DNA of 64,000 nt from an uncultured Gammaproteobacteria bacterium (GTDB lineage Bacteria > Patescibacteriota > Patescibacteriia > Magasanikbacterales > UBA922). Made by a program: the position numbers and the translations under genes. Positions 1-11,362 of this stretch are shown one piece after another (the stretch's first letter is position 1; every line of letters begins with the position of its first letter). The stretch is from contig CAYUTO010000003.1 in assembly GCA_964447765.1 (NCBI GenBank), forward strand, positions 8,919 to 72,918, written 5' to 3'. The notes below the pieces were generated by a model. It saw nothing but the letters and a program-made list of their open reading frames with translations. It had not been told where the DNA came from and searched no databases.

Positions 1-1206
1 CTGTTTCAAAGTAACTAACTGTCCTTTTTTAATTGTCTTTAAATTTGAATCTTTAATCTTAAATTTTTTATTCACCTCAATGAACCATTGAGTTTTTGGT
101 AATGGTTCTACTACATCACCAAAGCGATCACTTGTTCCCACGTTCTGCATTGTATCTTCAGCTTTTTCAAGAAGTCCTGACTTTTCAAGCCAAACGACCA
201 CTTTTTTTCGAGCTTCTTCAATAGTCAAACCTGTATATTCTTTTCCAGCATTATCGGTCATATTTCCATCCTCACCAATAACCTGAATCAAACCAATATC
301 TTTGTTTTTCTGATAGATTTCAAAATCAGTCTGACTATGCGCTGGCGTGACTCCGAGAGCTCCCGTACCAAAAGTATCATCGACTCCCTCGTCTCCAATT
401 ACTTTTAATTTCAAAATATGCCCCGTTTGCCCGAAGTTTGTAATCGTAAATTCTTTACCAATATATTTTTTCCATTTTCCTTTTGGATGTACGGCGATTG
501 CCGTATCCCCCAGTTTGGTTTCAGGTCGAGTGGTTGCAATCGTAATCGGACATTCGGGTCCGTATGTGAAGTAATACAATTTTCCTGGTCGTTCAACATG
601 AACGAGCTCATCATCGCTGCAGGTCGACTGTCCTTTGACCGACCAATTGATTACACGATAGCCCCGATAAATAAGTCCGTCGTCATACATCATTTTGAAT
701 AATGTATTCACAGCTGTATTACGTGATTTATCGAGTGTAAAGGCTTCACGTGACCAATCAAGTGATGCTCCCATCTTTTTTGCCTGATTTACAATCGTAT
801 CATGTGACTCGCTTGCAAATTTTTCAACATGCTCCAAAAACTTTTCACGACCAAGCTCAGTTTTTGGTTTTTTCATTCCGCCTTCAATCAACATTTTTTC
901 CACCTTTGATTCAGTTGCAACAGCTGCATGATCCGTACCTGGGATCCAGACCGTCCGATCACCCTTCATGCGATGGTAACGTGCCATCACATCTTGTACT
1001 GCCAACATGACAGCATGACCCATATGGAGGGTTCCAGTCACGTTTGGAGGGGGCAAGACCATGCTAAAAGACTCCCTCTTAGCATCATCCTTCACCCACT
1101 CTGGAATGCTCTCAGGCGCAAAAAAACCGCCTTTTTCCCAGCGTGTATAGATCGCATCTTCATATGTATGTGGTTCGTAAGCTTTGGGCAGTTCTCGTGC
1201 TGACAT
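1..1206 (-). CDS. valS: Valyl-tRNA synthetase, N-terminal part (3' end of gene lies beyond window start)
   Basis: Minus-strand frame open from the ATG at 1206..1204 to position 1 with no stop, so it is absent from the ORF track. My own translation reads MSARELPKAYEPHTYEDAIYTRWEKGGFFAPE...FSMVLPPPNVTGTLHMGHAVMLAVQDVMARYHRMKGDRTVWIPGTDHAAVATE. This is the class-I HIGH motif in the ValRS-specific PPPNVTG(S/T)LHMGHA context. Confidence 0.85.
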   Translation of the reverse strand, partial: MSARELPKAYEPHTYEDAIYTRWEKGGFFAPESIPEWVKDDAKRESFSMVLPPPNVTGTLHMGHAVMLAVQDVMARYHRMKGDRTVWIPGTDHAAVATESKVEKMLIEGGMKKPKTELGREKFLEHVEKFASESHDTIVNQAKKMGASLDWSREAFTLDKSRNTAVNTLFKMMYDDGLIYRGYRVINWSVKGQSTCSDDELVHVERPGKLYYFTYGPECPITIATTRPETKLGDTAIAVHPKGKWKKYIGKEFTITNFGQTGHILKLKVIGDEGVDDTFGTGALGVTPAHSQTDFEIYQKNKDIGLIQVIGEDGNMTDNAGKEYTGLTIEEARKKVVVWLEKSGLLEKAEDTMQNVGTSDRFGDVVEPLPKTQWFIEVNKKFKIKDSNLKTIKKGQLVTLKQ

Positions 1207-1330
1207 AGGTAGACAAATTCAACAATATACCTAAAATTCTATCCTAAACCTCACAATTTAGCAAGAATTAGGCTAATTTTCGCCAAAATAACCCATTTTC
1301 ATACATCAAGAAATGCGAAAAAGCCCATGG

Positions 1331-1359
1331 TTGACAATAATTTCAGTCTTTGATATACT
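1331..1359 (+). promoter_or_regulatory. Sigma70-like promoter TTGACA-17-TATACT upstream of the DHH-family phosphoesterase gene
   Basis: TTGACA at 1331..1336, 17-nt spacer, TATACT at 1354..1359; roughly 120 nt upstream of the ATG at 1481. Confidence 0.35.
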
Positions 1360-1480
1360 CTCTTATCCCCTTTTTACCCATAATAGAAGCTTGGATAAAA
1401 GGGGCTATTATTAGTTATATTGTCAGGATGTCGGTGCTATACTGTAGGTATAGAGCTAACTTACCTACACAGAACATAGT

Positions 1481-2626
1481 ATGGGATTATATGTTATACA
1501 ACAGGTAATCCGAACGCTTGAAGATAAAAAGAATGTCCTCATTACTTTTAAAAAAGATTCTCACGGAGACGCGATTGCATCGTCTCTTGCATTGAAACTT
1601 TTCCTCGAGCAACTCGGCAAAAAAGTCCACATTGCATGTGACGGTTTTGTGTTGCCCGACCGATTCACTTTTGTTTCTGGTTCCACCTCCATATCTTCTT
1701 CTCTCGGTAGTCTCCACCAATTTGTAATCACGATGGATATTTCAAAAAATGGACTCTCCAATCTTAAGTATGAAGTGAAGGATGAGAAATTAAAACTCTT
1801 CATCACTCCAAAAAATGGATTCTATGGAAAAGACTTGATCCGCACCTCACAAACTGAATTCAAATATGATGCGATCATTGTTCTCGATACCCCTACCCTT
1901 CCAGCATTGGGCAGTATGTATACACACAATGAAGAATTTTTCTTCAAAACTCCGATTATTAATATTGACCACAAGAATTCAAATGAACTTTTTGGACATA
2001 TCAATCTAATAGAGCTGCCCGCAAGCACCATATCTGAAATAGTATATGAACTATTGAATGTATATAAACCTGAGCTTATCAATGCAGACATTGCCCAGGC
2101 CCTTCTTACCGGAATTATCGCAGGCACTAATAGCTTTAAAGATAAAAAAGTTCGCCCCTATACCCTCACGGTTGCAGGCAAACTCGTAGAGTTAGGTGCC
2201 AATCGAGGATATATTATTGAGCAATTGTTCCAGACCAAATCAATAGGAACGTTTAAACTCTGGGGCGCTGCACTCTCACATATTACCTATGACGCAGCAC
2301 ATGGTATTGTGTCGACCACGATTACACGTGATGATTTTGTCCGTGCGAATGCCGAAGTTGAAGACCTCTCAATGATTATCAATGAGCTTATCGCATTTTC
2401 ACCTGACGCACGAATTATTATAGTGCTCTATGAAAATCCAAAAGAAACAAATGGCGCGGTTCATGGAATGCTCAAAATTATTCCCAATTTCCATGCCACT
2501 GAAATCATGAAAAAGTATGAAGCAGTAGGTGATGAAGATGACACAACGTTTAGTGTATCAGGCACTCCACTCAAAGAAGTAGAAGAGCAAATTATCAGAC
2601 ACTTAAAAGAAGTCACCACCCAATAA
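1481..2626 (+). CDS. DHH/DHHA1-family phosphoesterase (NrnA-like oligoribonuclease / pAp phosphatase)
   Basis: 381-aa ORF; N-terminal HGDAIAS (DHH motif I: D-x-D-A-hG-S), an IDHKNS DHH-like motif, and a C-terminal DHHA1-like region. Confidence 0.8.
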   Translation: MGLYVIQQVIRTLEDKKNVLITFKKDSHGDAIASSLALKLFLEQLGKKVHIACDGFVLPDRFTFVSGSTSISSSLGSLHQFVITMDISKNGLSNLKYEVKDEKLKLFITPKNGFYGKDLIRTSQTEFKYDAIIVLDTPTLPALGSMYTHNEEFFFKTPIINIDHKNSNELFGHINLIELPASTISEIVYELLNVYKPELINADIAQALLTGIIAGTNSFKDKKVRPYTLTVAGKLVELGANRGYIIEQLFQTKSIGTFKLWGAALSHITYDAAHGIVSTTITRDDFVRANAEVEDLSMIINELIAFSPDARIIIVLYENPKETNGAVHGMLKIIPNFHATEIMKKYEAVGDEDDTTFSVSGTPLKEVEEQIIRHLKEVTTQ

Positions 2627-2657
2627 AACATCCTCGATCTATCGAGGATGTTTTTTG
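2627..2657. terminator. Bidirectional intrinsic terminator
   Basis: Perfect hairpin CATCCTCGA/TCGAGGATG flanked by an A-run on one side and a T-run on the other. It sits between a plus-strand gene ending at 2626 and a minus-strand gene ending at 2658. Confidence 0.7.
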
Positions 2658-3293
2658 TTATATGGTCTTATATGCAGTAATCATTTCTTGATACACTTTT
2701 TCCATTCTTTTCACCACGCCTGGGTTTTCCAAATAGGTATTTATTTTTTCTTCAATTAAAGACACAAGATTATTTTCTACACCTAGCTCTGTCCACAGAC
2801 TCGCAACCTCTTTTGGAGTAAGGCTCTTTTTATCTTTGTAGAGTCGTTGAATTATTTGGTTAAACTTTGTTACATCTTCGAGTCGTTCACTATTTGGGTT
2901 TTCCACATATTCCAGAAGAGGTAGATATGGCTGTATATCAAATTCCTTCATCACTAGAATTTCCTGCAACCCCTTCAATGCTGATACTCGTATCCACCAC
3001 TCACTCTTCCCACCTCCATGCTCGACACCTTCTAAACAATCAGGGAAAATCTGGTGAAATAATGTATTCTGCACTTTGTCGCATAACGCATGCACTGACC
3101 AGCCTTTTTTGAAATCGGTTGTAAGAAACTCTTGTGAGAGAAGTTCTTCAAAATGAGTTTTTTCTCTATCAATCCCTGAAATATAGCGACTATCAGGATA
3201 CGATGTACCCGCCACATACGCAGCAATATTTTTAATATCGTATACATCTTTTATATCGAGAGCGAATTTTATGTGAGTTGCGGCAAGTGCCAT
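2658..3293 (-). CDS. Hypothetical protein (211 aa), last gene of the glycolytic gene cluster
   Basis: Long ORF in the native low-GC codon style. I recognise no motif in it. Confidence 0.55.
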   Translation of the reverse strand: MALAATHIKFALDIKDVYDIKNIAAYVAGTSYPDSRYISGIDREKTHFEELLSQEFLTTDFKKGWSVHALCDKVQNTLFHQIFPDCLEGVEHGGGKSEWWIRVSALKGLQEILVMKEFDIQPYLPLLEYVENPNSERLEDVTKFNQIIQRLYKDKKSLTPKEVASLWTELGVENNLVSLIEEKINTYLENPGVVKRMEKVYQEMITAYKTI

Positions 3294-3307
3294 ATTAGAA
3301 CTTACAC

Positions 3308-4885
3308 TTATACCAAACTTCTTCCCGTCATTTCTTTTGGCTGTTCAATACCAAGAATTGAGAGTACGGTGGGAGCAACATCAGCCAAGATTCCAACGGG
3401 GTGCATGAGACTCAAATCTCCTTCTGGAGGGTCTCCGGTAGGCCCCGCCCTACCCTGGAATTCATTACCAATAATCAGAAATGGCACTGGATTATTACTA
3501 TGCTCTTTGTCCTGTTCGCCTGTTTTCAAATTAATAACTTCTTCGGCATTTCCATGATCTGCAGTAATCAAAAGCACCCCACCTTTTGCTTCGACATATT
3601 CGGCGATTTTTCCTAAATTTTTATCAATGGTTTCGCATCCTTTGATAGTAGCATCTACATTCCCCGTATGCCCCACCATATCAGCATTTGCAAAGTTCGC
3701 CAAAATCACATCATATTTATCAGACTCAATCGCTTGAATTATTTTTTTGGTTACTTCTGCCGCAGACATTTCTGGTGCTTTATCATATGAAGAAACATTA
3801 GGAGAAGGGACAATCGCCCGATCCTCACCAACAAACGGCTCTTCCACCGTACCATTCAAGAAAAAAGTGATATGCGCGTATTTTTCGGTTTCTGCAACAT
3901 GAAATTGAGTAAGCCCCTGCTTGCTTATCACTTCAGCAAGACAATTGTGCACCACAATTGGTGGATATGCTACTACGACTGGAATTTCTTTTTCATATTC
4001 AGTCAGAGTGACAAACAATAAATCGGTGAGATATTCACGTTTGAATTTATCAAATCCAGGCAAGACAAAAGCTTTCGTTAATTGTCGTGCTCGATCAGGT
4101 CGAAAATTGAAAAAAATTACCGCATCACCTTTTGCAACTCGTGCCGTAGGCTTTCCTTCTTTTCCAATCACCGTTGGTATAAATTCTTCATCAAATACTT
4201 GCTTCTCATACGAAGCCTCGATTGCATCAAGCGGATGTTTGCTGTAGGTCTCTGAAATTCCTTCGACCATGGCACGATATGCACGCTCAATACGATCCCA
4301 TCGGTTGTCACGGTCCATTGCATAATAGCGACCAGACAACGACGCAATTTCTCCCACTCCAATTTTTTTCATTTTTTCTTCGAGTTTAGCAACAAAATCT
4401 TTTGCACTATTATAAATAGTATCTCTCCCGTCGAGAATCACATGTACAAACACATTCTTAATTTTATTTTTCTTTGCAAATTCAAGGAGGGAGTACAGGT
4501 GATCCTGACTTGCATGCACGTTTCCCGGACTCACCAACCCAATCAAATGCAGTGATGATTTATGAGTCGCCACGTGCTCTTTTGCCGATAAGAATGCTTT
4601 ATTTTGAAAAAAACTACCGTCCACAATAGTCTTATTAATGCGAGGAAATGTCTGATAATACACGCGTCCCGCTCCGATATTCAAATGTCCTACTTCTGAA
4701 TTTCCCATTTCTCCATAGGAAAGTCCCACTTCATTTCCAGAAGCATAGAGTGACATTGCAGGATATTCTCGTATAAAACGATCCATATTGGGAGTCTCTG
4801 CGCGTTCAATCGCATTACCCTCACTTGCAGGTGCTACTCCCCACCCATCGAGAACGGCAAGTACTACTGGTTTTGGTCGAGCCAT
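3308..4885 (-). CDS. gpmI: 2,3-bisphosphoglycerate-independent phosphoglycerate mutase (iPGM), copy 1
   Basis: 525 aa; VLDGWG near the N-terminus, GNSEVGHLNIGAGR (catalytic Ser region), ITADHGNAEE metal-binding motif. Confidence 0.9.
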   Translation of the reverse strand: MARPKPVVLAVLDGWGVAPASEGNAIERAETPNMDRFIREYPAMSLYASGNEVGLSYGEMGNSEVGHLNIGAGRVYYQTFPRINKTIVDGSFFQNKAFLSAKEHVATHKSSLHLIGLVSPGNVHASQDHLYSLLEFAKKNKIKNVFVHVILDGRDTIYNSAKDFVAKLEEKMKKIGVGEIASLSGRYYAMDRDNRWDRIERAYRAMVEGISETYSKHPLDAIEASYEKQVFDEEFIPTVIGKEGKPTARVAKGDAVIFFNFRPDRARQLTKAFVLPGFDKFKREYLTDLLFVTLTEYEKEIPVVVAYPPIVVHNCLAEVISKQGLTQFHVAETEKYAHITFFLNGTVEEPFVGEDRAIVPSPNVSSYDKAPEMSAAEVTKKIIQAIESDKYDVILANFANADMVGHTGNVDATIKGCETIDKNLGKIAEYVEAKGGVLLITADHGNAEEVINLKTGEQDKEHSNNPVPFLIIGNEFQGRAGPTGDPPEGDLSLMHPVGILADVAPTVLSILGIEQPKEMTGRSLV

Positions 4886-4889
4886 ACAT

Positions 4890-6470
4890 TTAGAATAAAG
4901 GTTTACCAGTCATTTCTTTTGGCTGCTTACCCCCGACCATTTTAATAATCGTTGGTGCCACATCAGCTAGTATCCCATCTTGTAACTTTTTTCCTTTTAA
5001 TCCGTTACGAATCACTATACAAGGCACTGGATTCAAGTTGTGCTCAGTATCTATCTCTCCTGTTTTCAAATTTTTCATTTCTTCGGCGTTTCCATGGTCT
5101 GCGACAATTAACGCTTGCCCACCTTTCGCGAGCGCTGCTGCGACCACTTCTCCTACATGAGCATCCATCACACTAACACCTTTTTTTGCTGCCTTCAGAT
5201 TTCCGGTATGTCCTATCATGTCAGCATTAGCATAATTGATACAATAAAACTGATACTTATCACTCTTCATTAATGCTAATACTTTTTTGGTGATTTCTTT
5301 TGCTGACATTTCAGGCTTAGTATCATGATGTGCAACTGTTTTTGATTCTATTTTAATCCAATCTTCACCATTGACCGGCTCCGAATAGCCCCCATTAATA
5401 AAATAGGTCACATGAGCATATTTCTCAGATTCTGCGATATATACTTGTGTAAAATCTGAAAGAGCCAAGGGAAGCGTATTATAGACTTCAGGTGAGGGAA
5501 ACACGGTGAGGATACGCTCCAGATCAGGTCCAAAATCGGTAAGCGCTACAAATCTGATATTTTTAGGAACTTTTACTCTTTTGAAAGACCCCGGATTTCG
5601 TTTATTAAAATCATCTTGAACAAATGCTTTGGTAATCTGACGAGCCCGGTCTGACCTCGCATTAAAAAATATAACCACGTCATGATCAGCAATCGAAGCT
5701 ACGGGTTTTCCTTTTTCATCCACCACGATCGAGGGAGTAATAAATTCATCAGTCTCTCCCCGATTATATGCCTGCTCGAGCGCTTCTTCGGCACTCCTCA
5801 CTTTGTGCCCCATGCCCATGACCATTGCTTCATACGCGGCTTCGGTCCGGTCCCATATTTTATTTCGATCCATACCATACAATCTTCCCATGATGGTTGC
5901 AATCTTTTCAGTATGCAGCATATGCCCCCGCAATTCATGGAGATAGTTGGCAGCAGCATGTGGTCCTGAGTCTCGACCATCAGTAAACAGATGCAAATAT
6001 ACTCGTTCAATTCCTTCTCTACGGCAGAGCTCAAGAAGTGCATAGACATGCTCGGGATACGAATGCGCACTATTACCATCAGTCAGGAGTCCCATGAGGT
6101 GCACTGCTGATTTGTATTTTTTAACATGGAATAATGCTTGCTTGAATGCTTCATTTTTGAAGAAAGTTCCATCATGAATCGAATCTGAAATACACACTAA
6201 ATCCTGCTTCACAATTCTTCCCGCTCCAATATTCAAATGCCCTGCCTCAGAATTTCCAATCTGTCCCGGAAAAAGCCCTACATGCTCGCCAAAAGTTTTC
6301 AACTTTGAAGTAGGATATTTTTTCATATACCCAAAAATATTGGGTGCAGTTTTTGACGTAATTGCATTCCCTTCATTTTTTTCAGGCGCAACACCAAAAC
6401 CATCAAGAATAATGAGTACGGTGGGAGATGGTGTTGTGATCAAAGATTTTTTTTGTTTTTTAATTGGCAT
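4890..6470 (-). CDS. gpmI: 2,3-bisphosphoglycerate-independent phosphoglycerate mutase (iPGM), divergent tandem paralog with a Lys-rich N-terminal extension
   Basis: 526 aa; ILDGFG, GNSEAGHLNIGAGR, IVADHGNAEE. Catalytic Ser and metal ligands are retained, but it is clearly diverged from the adjacent copy. Confidence 0.85.
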   Translation of the reverse strand: MPIKKQKKSLITTPSPTVLIILDGFGVAPEKNEGNAITSKTAPNIFGYMKKYPTSKLKTFGEHVGLFPGQIGNSEAGHLNIGAGRIVKQDLVCISDSIHDGTFFKNEAFKQALFHVKKYKSAVHLMGLLTDGNSAHSYPEHVYALLELCRREGIERVYLHLFTDGRDSGPHAAANYLHELRGHMLHTEKIATIMGRLYGMDRNKIWDRTEAAYEAMVMGMGHKVRSAEEALEQAYNRGETDEFITPSIVVDEKGKPVASIADHDVVIFFNARSDRARQITKAFVQDDFNKRNPGSFKRVKVPKNIRFVALTDFGPDLERILTVFPSPEVYNTLPLALSDFTQVYIAESEKYAHVTYFINGGYSEPVNGEDWIKIESKTVAHHDTKPEMSAKEITKKVLALMKSDKYQFYCINYANADMIGHTGNLKAAKKGVSVMDAHVGEVVAAALAKGGQALIVADHGNAEEMKNLKTGEIDTEHNLNPVPCIVIRNGLKGKKLQDGILADVAPTIIKMVGGKQPKEMTGKPLF

Positions 6471-6539
6471 ACGTTTTTGATGTCTGACAAATTATTCTAA
6501 TTGGACCAGACGCTCTAAATTAGAGCAATTACAATAATT

Positions 6540-7805
<1,266 letters not shown>

Positions 7806-7881
7806 TTATTAGTACCTTTCAGTATATCAAACGAAAACGACCTTGGAAAGGTCGTTTTCGTGCGTATATTGTACTGAAAAG

Positions 7882-8778
7882 TTATTTGAGTTCAAAGGTG
7901 ACTCCCACATGAAGGACTATGTCATTAGTACCTGCTTCAATCTGTGGAACACTACTACCTGCCTGAAGTTCCATATCATACATTTTTGCTCCGTAATATG
8001 ACTCATTTGAACCTTCATATTCATCGTATGACACGATGCCTGAAAGTCTGAGACCTAGATTACTTGAAAGTGCCGCAGCCTTTTGACTTACTTTTTTCAA
8101 AGCCTCTGCTCGAGCAGCCTCGAGATACGCATCTTTATCGTCAATCGTGAATTCAAGTCCACTTACATTGGTTGCACCTACTTCACCTGCAAGTCCAAGC
8201 ACTTGATTTGCCTTATTCAAATCTCTAATCTTGATGGTGACATTTTGACTAATCGTGTATCCACGAAGTTCAGGTGTACCTCCATCAACTGGATAGTTGT
8301 ATGCAGGATACACACTATAATCTCTCGTTTGGATATCAGCCGCATCAATTTCCAACTCTTTGATTCTACTTACCAATTTGTTTACTACTTCAGTATTTTT
8401 CTGTTGAGCCTCAGCTACAGTAGCAGCTTCAGTTGTCATACCCATCGTAGTCATGGCAATATCAGGCTTCACGCTTACTTTTCCTTCAGCCTCGACTCTA
8501 ATAGTTCTCTCCGACTTGTCTGCTTGACCAATAAAGTCGTATTTTCGTACTTCGTTTCTAATAAGAACCCCAAAGAATACGATTAGATATACGATCAAAA
8601 TTCCAACAAATGTTGCTAAAATCTTTTTTCCTACCCAACCACACCAACTATGCTGGTCACATTTTCCATATTTACAGCAACTCATCGGATGTTCTGCTTC
8701 GACTACTGGAGGAGACGACACGACCGGCGCCATTGGCTCGTCCATCATAGGGCGAGCAAATGATTTTTTGACAGGCAT
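7882..8778 (-). CDS. SIMPL/DUF541-domain protein (YggE-like) with an N-terminal Cys-rich segment and a TM anchor
   Basis: 298 aa; N-terminal CCKYGKCDQHSWCGW followed by a hydrophobic helix; the C-terminal ~220 aa has SIMPL-like composition with the typical GYTISQNVTI.. and ..IEAG.. motifs. Confidence 0.65.
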   Translation of the reverse strand: MPVKKSFARPMMDEPMAPVVSSPPVVEAEHPMSCCKYGKCDQHSWCGWVGKKILATFVGILIVYLIVFFGVLIRNEVRKYDFIGQADKSERTIRVEAEGKVSVKPDIAMTTMGMTTEAATVAEAQQKNTEVVNKLVSRIKELEIDAADIQTRDYSVYPAYNYPVDGGTPELRGYTISQNVTIKIRDLNKANQVLGLAGEVGATNVSGLEFTIDDKDAYLEAARAEALKKVSQKAAALSSNLGLRLSGIVSYDEYEGSNESYYGAKMYDMELQAGSSVPQIEAGTNDIVLHVGVTFELK

Positions 8779-8972
8779 ATTTTACAAAGGTAATCACGTA
8801 ACGTTTGTGTAAACAAACTACGCGAATAAATAAAAGTATAAAAAAACTTGATGCGTGAAGTATAGCACAAAATAACTTTTTATTCTGTAATACTCTGTGG
8901 ATAGGTCGGGATTTATTAAAAAATAAAGATTGAAAATTAAAATTACAATTTTTTATTTCCTAATTTTGCATT

Positions 8973-10193
8973 TTAATCTTTATTCTTCAATCTTTTCTCC
9001 TCCTTACTAACTATTTCTACCCCCGGTAGTTTATTACCTGATAAAAATTCGAGCATGGCACCACCACCTGTTGAAACTAAATCAACAAATTCTTCCATTC
9101 CCACTTGATTCATTGCTTGAATAGTCTCTCCGCCACCGATTATTCCAAATGCTTCCCCTTTTGATCGTGACGCGACAAGGCGGGCGATTGCGAGCGTTCC
9201 CACATCATAGGGTTTCTGCTCAAAATACCCCATAGCACCGTTCCAGATAATAGATGTTGCTAATTTGATATCTTCTGAATAAACATGAATCGTTGCAGGT
9301 CCTATATCAAAAATTGCTTCATCACTCGCACAAATTTCAAATGGTTTTTTTGAAAGTGTAACTACGCGCGCAGAAGAACCATCTTTTTTTCCGACTACCA
9401 GATCAAGTGGCCATTGGATTGAATGTATAGTCTTTAGTTTTTTTGCTTCCCCGAGCATACTCTCATCTACGAGAGAGGCTCCTACCCCAAAACCCTGGGA
9501 TTTGAGATAGGTATTCACGATTCCCCCTCCGACCAGTATCACTTCAACCTTATTTTTGAGATTAGCGATTATAGGAAGCTTGGTTTCTGTTTTTGCACCG
9601 CCAATAATAAGTACACTATTCTTTTTTCCTTGCTCAAGTGTACGTGTGAGTCCTTGCACTTCTTTTTCAAGCAAGAGTCCAGCGTATGAAGGAATATAGT
9701 GAGCAACACCCGTAACAGAAGGACTTGATCGATGTACCACACCGAACCCGTCGATTACAAATATATCTGCCAGAGACGCCAGTTCTTTTGCAAAATATTC
9801 TTTACCACCCTCTTCGCCTTCGGCAAAACGGATATTATCAAAAATGGCGACGTCTCCTGGTTTTATTTTTGAAACTTCTTTCTCTATTTTTTTCAACTTT
9901 GACCAATCAGCTGATGCAATAATTTTTATCTTCTTTTGTAACATTTTACCCAATTCTTTTGCAACTGGATCTACCCTAAGATCTTTCACTACTTTCCCCC
10001 CTGGTCTACCAATATGCGTAACCAAAAGAACTCGGGCTTTTTTCTCGAGTAAAAAATTAATCGTATCAAGCGATGCAGCAATTCGAAATGCTTCTTCTAC
10101 TTTTCCTTTTATAATTGCAACATTATAATCAACGCGAACTAAAACAGACTTACCCTCGAGATCTGTTACTTCTCTAATACTTCGAAGCTGCAT
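8973..10193 (-). CDS. pgk: Phosphoglycerate kinase
   Basis: 406 aa; VLVRVDYNV start, hinge and C-terminal GGGA/GGGE motifs. Confidence 0.95.
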   Translation of the reverse strand: MQLRSIREVTDLEGKSVLVRVDYNVAIIKGKVEEAFRIAASLDTINFLLEKKARVLLVTHIGRPGGKVVKDLRVDPVAKELGKMLQKKIKIIASADWSKLKKIEKEVSKIKPGDVAIFDNIRFAEGEEGGKEYFAKELASLADIFVIDGFGVVHRSSPSVTGVAHYIPSYAGLLLEKEVQGLTRTLEQGKKNSVLIIGGAKTETKLPIIANLKNKVEVILVGGGIVNTYLKSQGFGVGASLVDESMLGEAKKLKTIHSIQWPLDLVVGKKDGSSARVVTLSKKPFEICASDEAIFDIGPATIHVYSEDIKLATSIIWNGAMGYFEQKPYDVGTLAIARLVASRSKGEAFGIIGGGETIQAMNQVGMEEFVDLVSTGGGAMLEFLSGNKLPGVEIVSKEEKRLKNKD

Positions 10194-10245
10194 AATGTGG
10201 ACTAATAGAACACGGATAACACGAATTGGGACGGGTCGATTTTCT

Positions 10246-11244
10246 TTACTTTCTCGTTTTTACTTTGCCTGCAATCTCGACCATCTCCACCAATCTTGTC
10301 GCATATCCCCACTCATTATCATACCACGCAACAACTTTTACGAGATTACCATCTACCACTCGAGTAAGATCAGCATCGACTGTTGCTGAATATTCATTTC
10401 CAATATAGTCACTTGAAACGAGTGGTTCAAATGAGACTGCAAGAATACCCTTCAGATATGTTTTTGCGGCTTTTATAAACGCATTATTTATCTCTTCAGG
10501 TGTGGTATCTTTTTTAAGTAACACAGTCACATCAGTCAGAGACACGGTAATGGTTGGAACACGGATCGAGAGTCCATCGAATTTTCCTTCGAGCGATGGA
10601 ATAGTACGAGTAACAGCCACTGCCGCCCCAGTTTTAGCAGGAACCATATTTTGTGCCGCTGCTCGTGCTTCACGGAGATCTTTCGAAGGTCCGTCTTGAA
10701 GTACTTGGGATGCAGTATAGGAGTGAACTGTGGTAAGCATAGCTTTTTCGACACCAAATTCTTTTTCCAACACCAACATTACCGGAGCTGCACAATTCGT
10801 CGTACATGAAGCATTATCGAGAATCGGTTCGCCTTTGTATTCTTTATCATTCACTCCTCGTACATAGGTTTTCAAATCACCTTTTCCTGGTGCTGAGATG
10901 ACTACTTTTTTTGCTCCCGCAGTAATATGTGCTTTTGCTGCCTCAGCATCAGTAAATCTACCCGTAGATTCGATTACCACATCTACCTTCAATTGTTTCC
11001 ATGGCAGTACCACTGGATCTTTCTCAGCAAATACCGGAATTTTCTTACCTTTTATGATAATATGTTTCTCGTCGTAGGAAACAGGAAAAGGAAAATCATT
11101 GTACGCTGTGTCGTGCTTCAATAAATGCGCCAATGTTTTGGTATCAGTAAGATCATTGATGCCGACAATATCTAGTTTTTTTTGAAATGCGATTTTGAAT
11201 GCATGACGTCCGATTCTGCCGAATCCGTTGATGGCAATTTTCAT
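10246..11244 (-). CDS. gap: Glyceraldehyde-3-phosphate dehydrogenase (type I)
   Basis: 332 aa; MKIAINGFGRIGR Rossmann start and the ASCTTNC active-site motif. Confidence 0.95.
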   Translation of the reverse strand: MKIAINGFGRIGRHAFKIAFQKKLDIVGINDLTDTKTLAHLLKHDTAYNDFPFPVSYDEKHIIIKGKKIPVFAEKDPVVLPWKQLKVDVVIESTGRFTDAEAAKAHITAGAKKVVISAPGKGDLKTYVRGVNDKEYKGEPILDNASCTTNCAAPVMLVLEKEFGVEKAMLTTVHSYTASQVLQDGPSKDLREARAAAQNMVPAKTGAAVAVTRTIPSLEGKFDGLSIRVPTITVSLTDVTVLLKKDTTPEEINNAFIKAAKTYLKGILAVSFEPLVSSDYIGNEYSATVDADLTRVVDGNLVKVVAWYDNEWGYATRLVEMVEIAGKVKTRK

Positions 11245-11285
11245 AGAATAACTAATTTATAAACTGAATTCTAAATTCGTATGTA

Positions 11286-11314
11286 AGTATAGCACTCCCA
11301 CATCACGTTTACAA
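11286..11314 (-). promoter_or_regulatory. Sigma70-like promoter TTGTAA-17-TATACT for the gap operon (read on the minus strand)
   Basis: Reverse complement of 11286..11314 reads TTGTAA, a 17-nt spacer, then TATACT, about 40 nt upstream of the gap start codon. Confidence 0.4.
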
Positions 11315-11323
11315 TTTGAGTAT

Positions 11324-11358
11324 ACAAAAAAGACCAGTATGACGTACTGGTCTTTTTA
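11324..11358. terminator. Bidirectional intrinsic terminator
   Basis: AAAAAAGACCAGTA-tgacg-TACTGGTCTTTTT; perfect 9-bp stem with an A-run and a T-run on either side. Confidence 0.7.
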
Positions 11359-11362
11359 GAAT

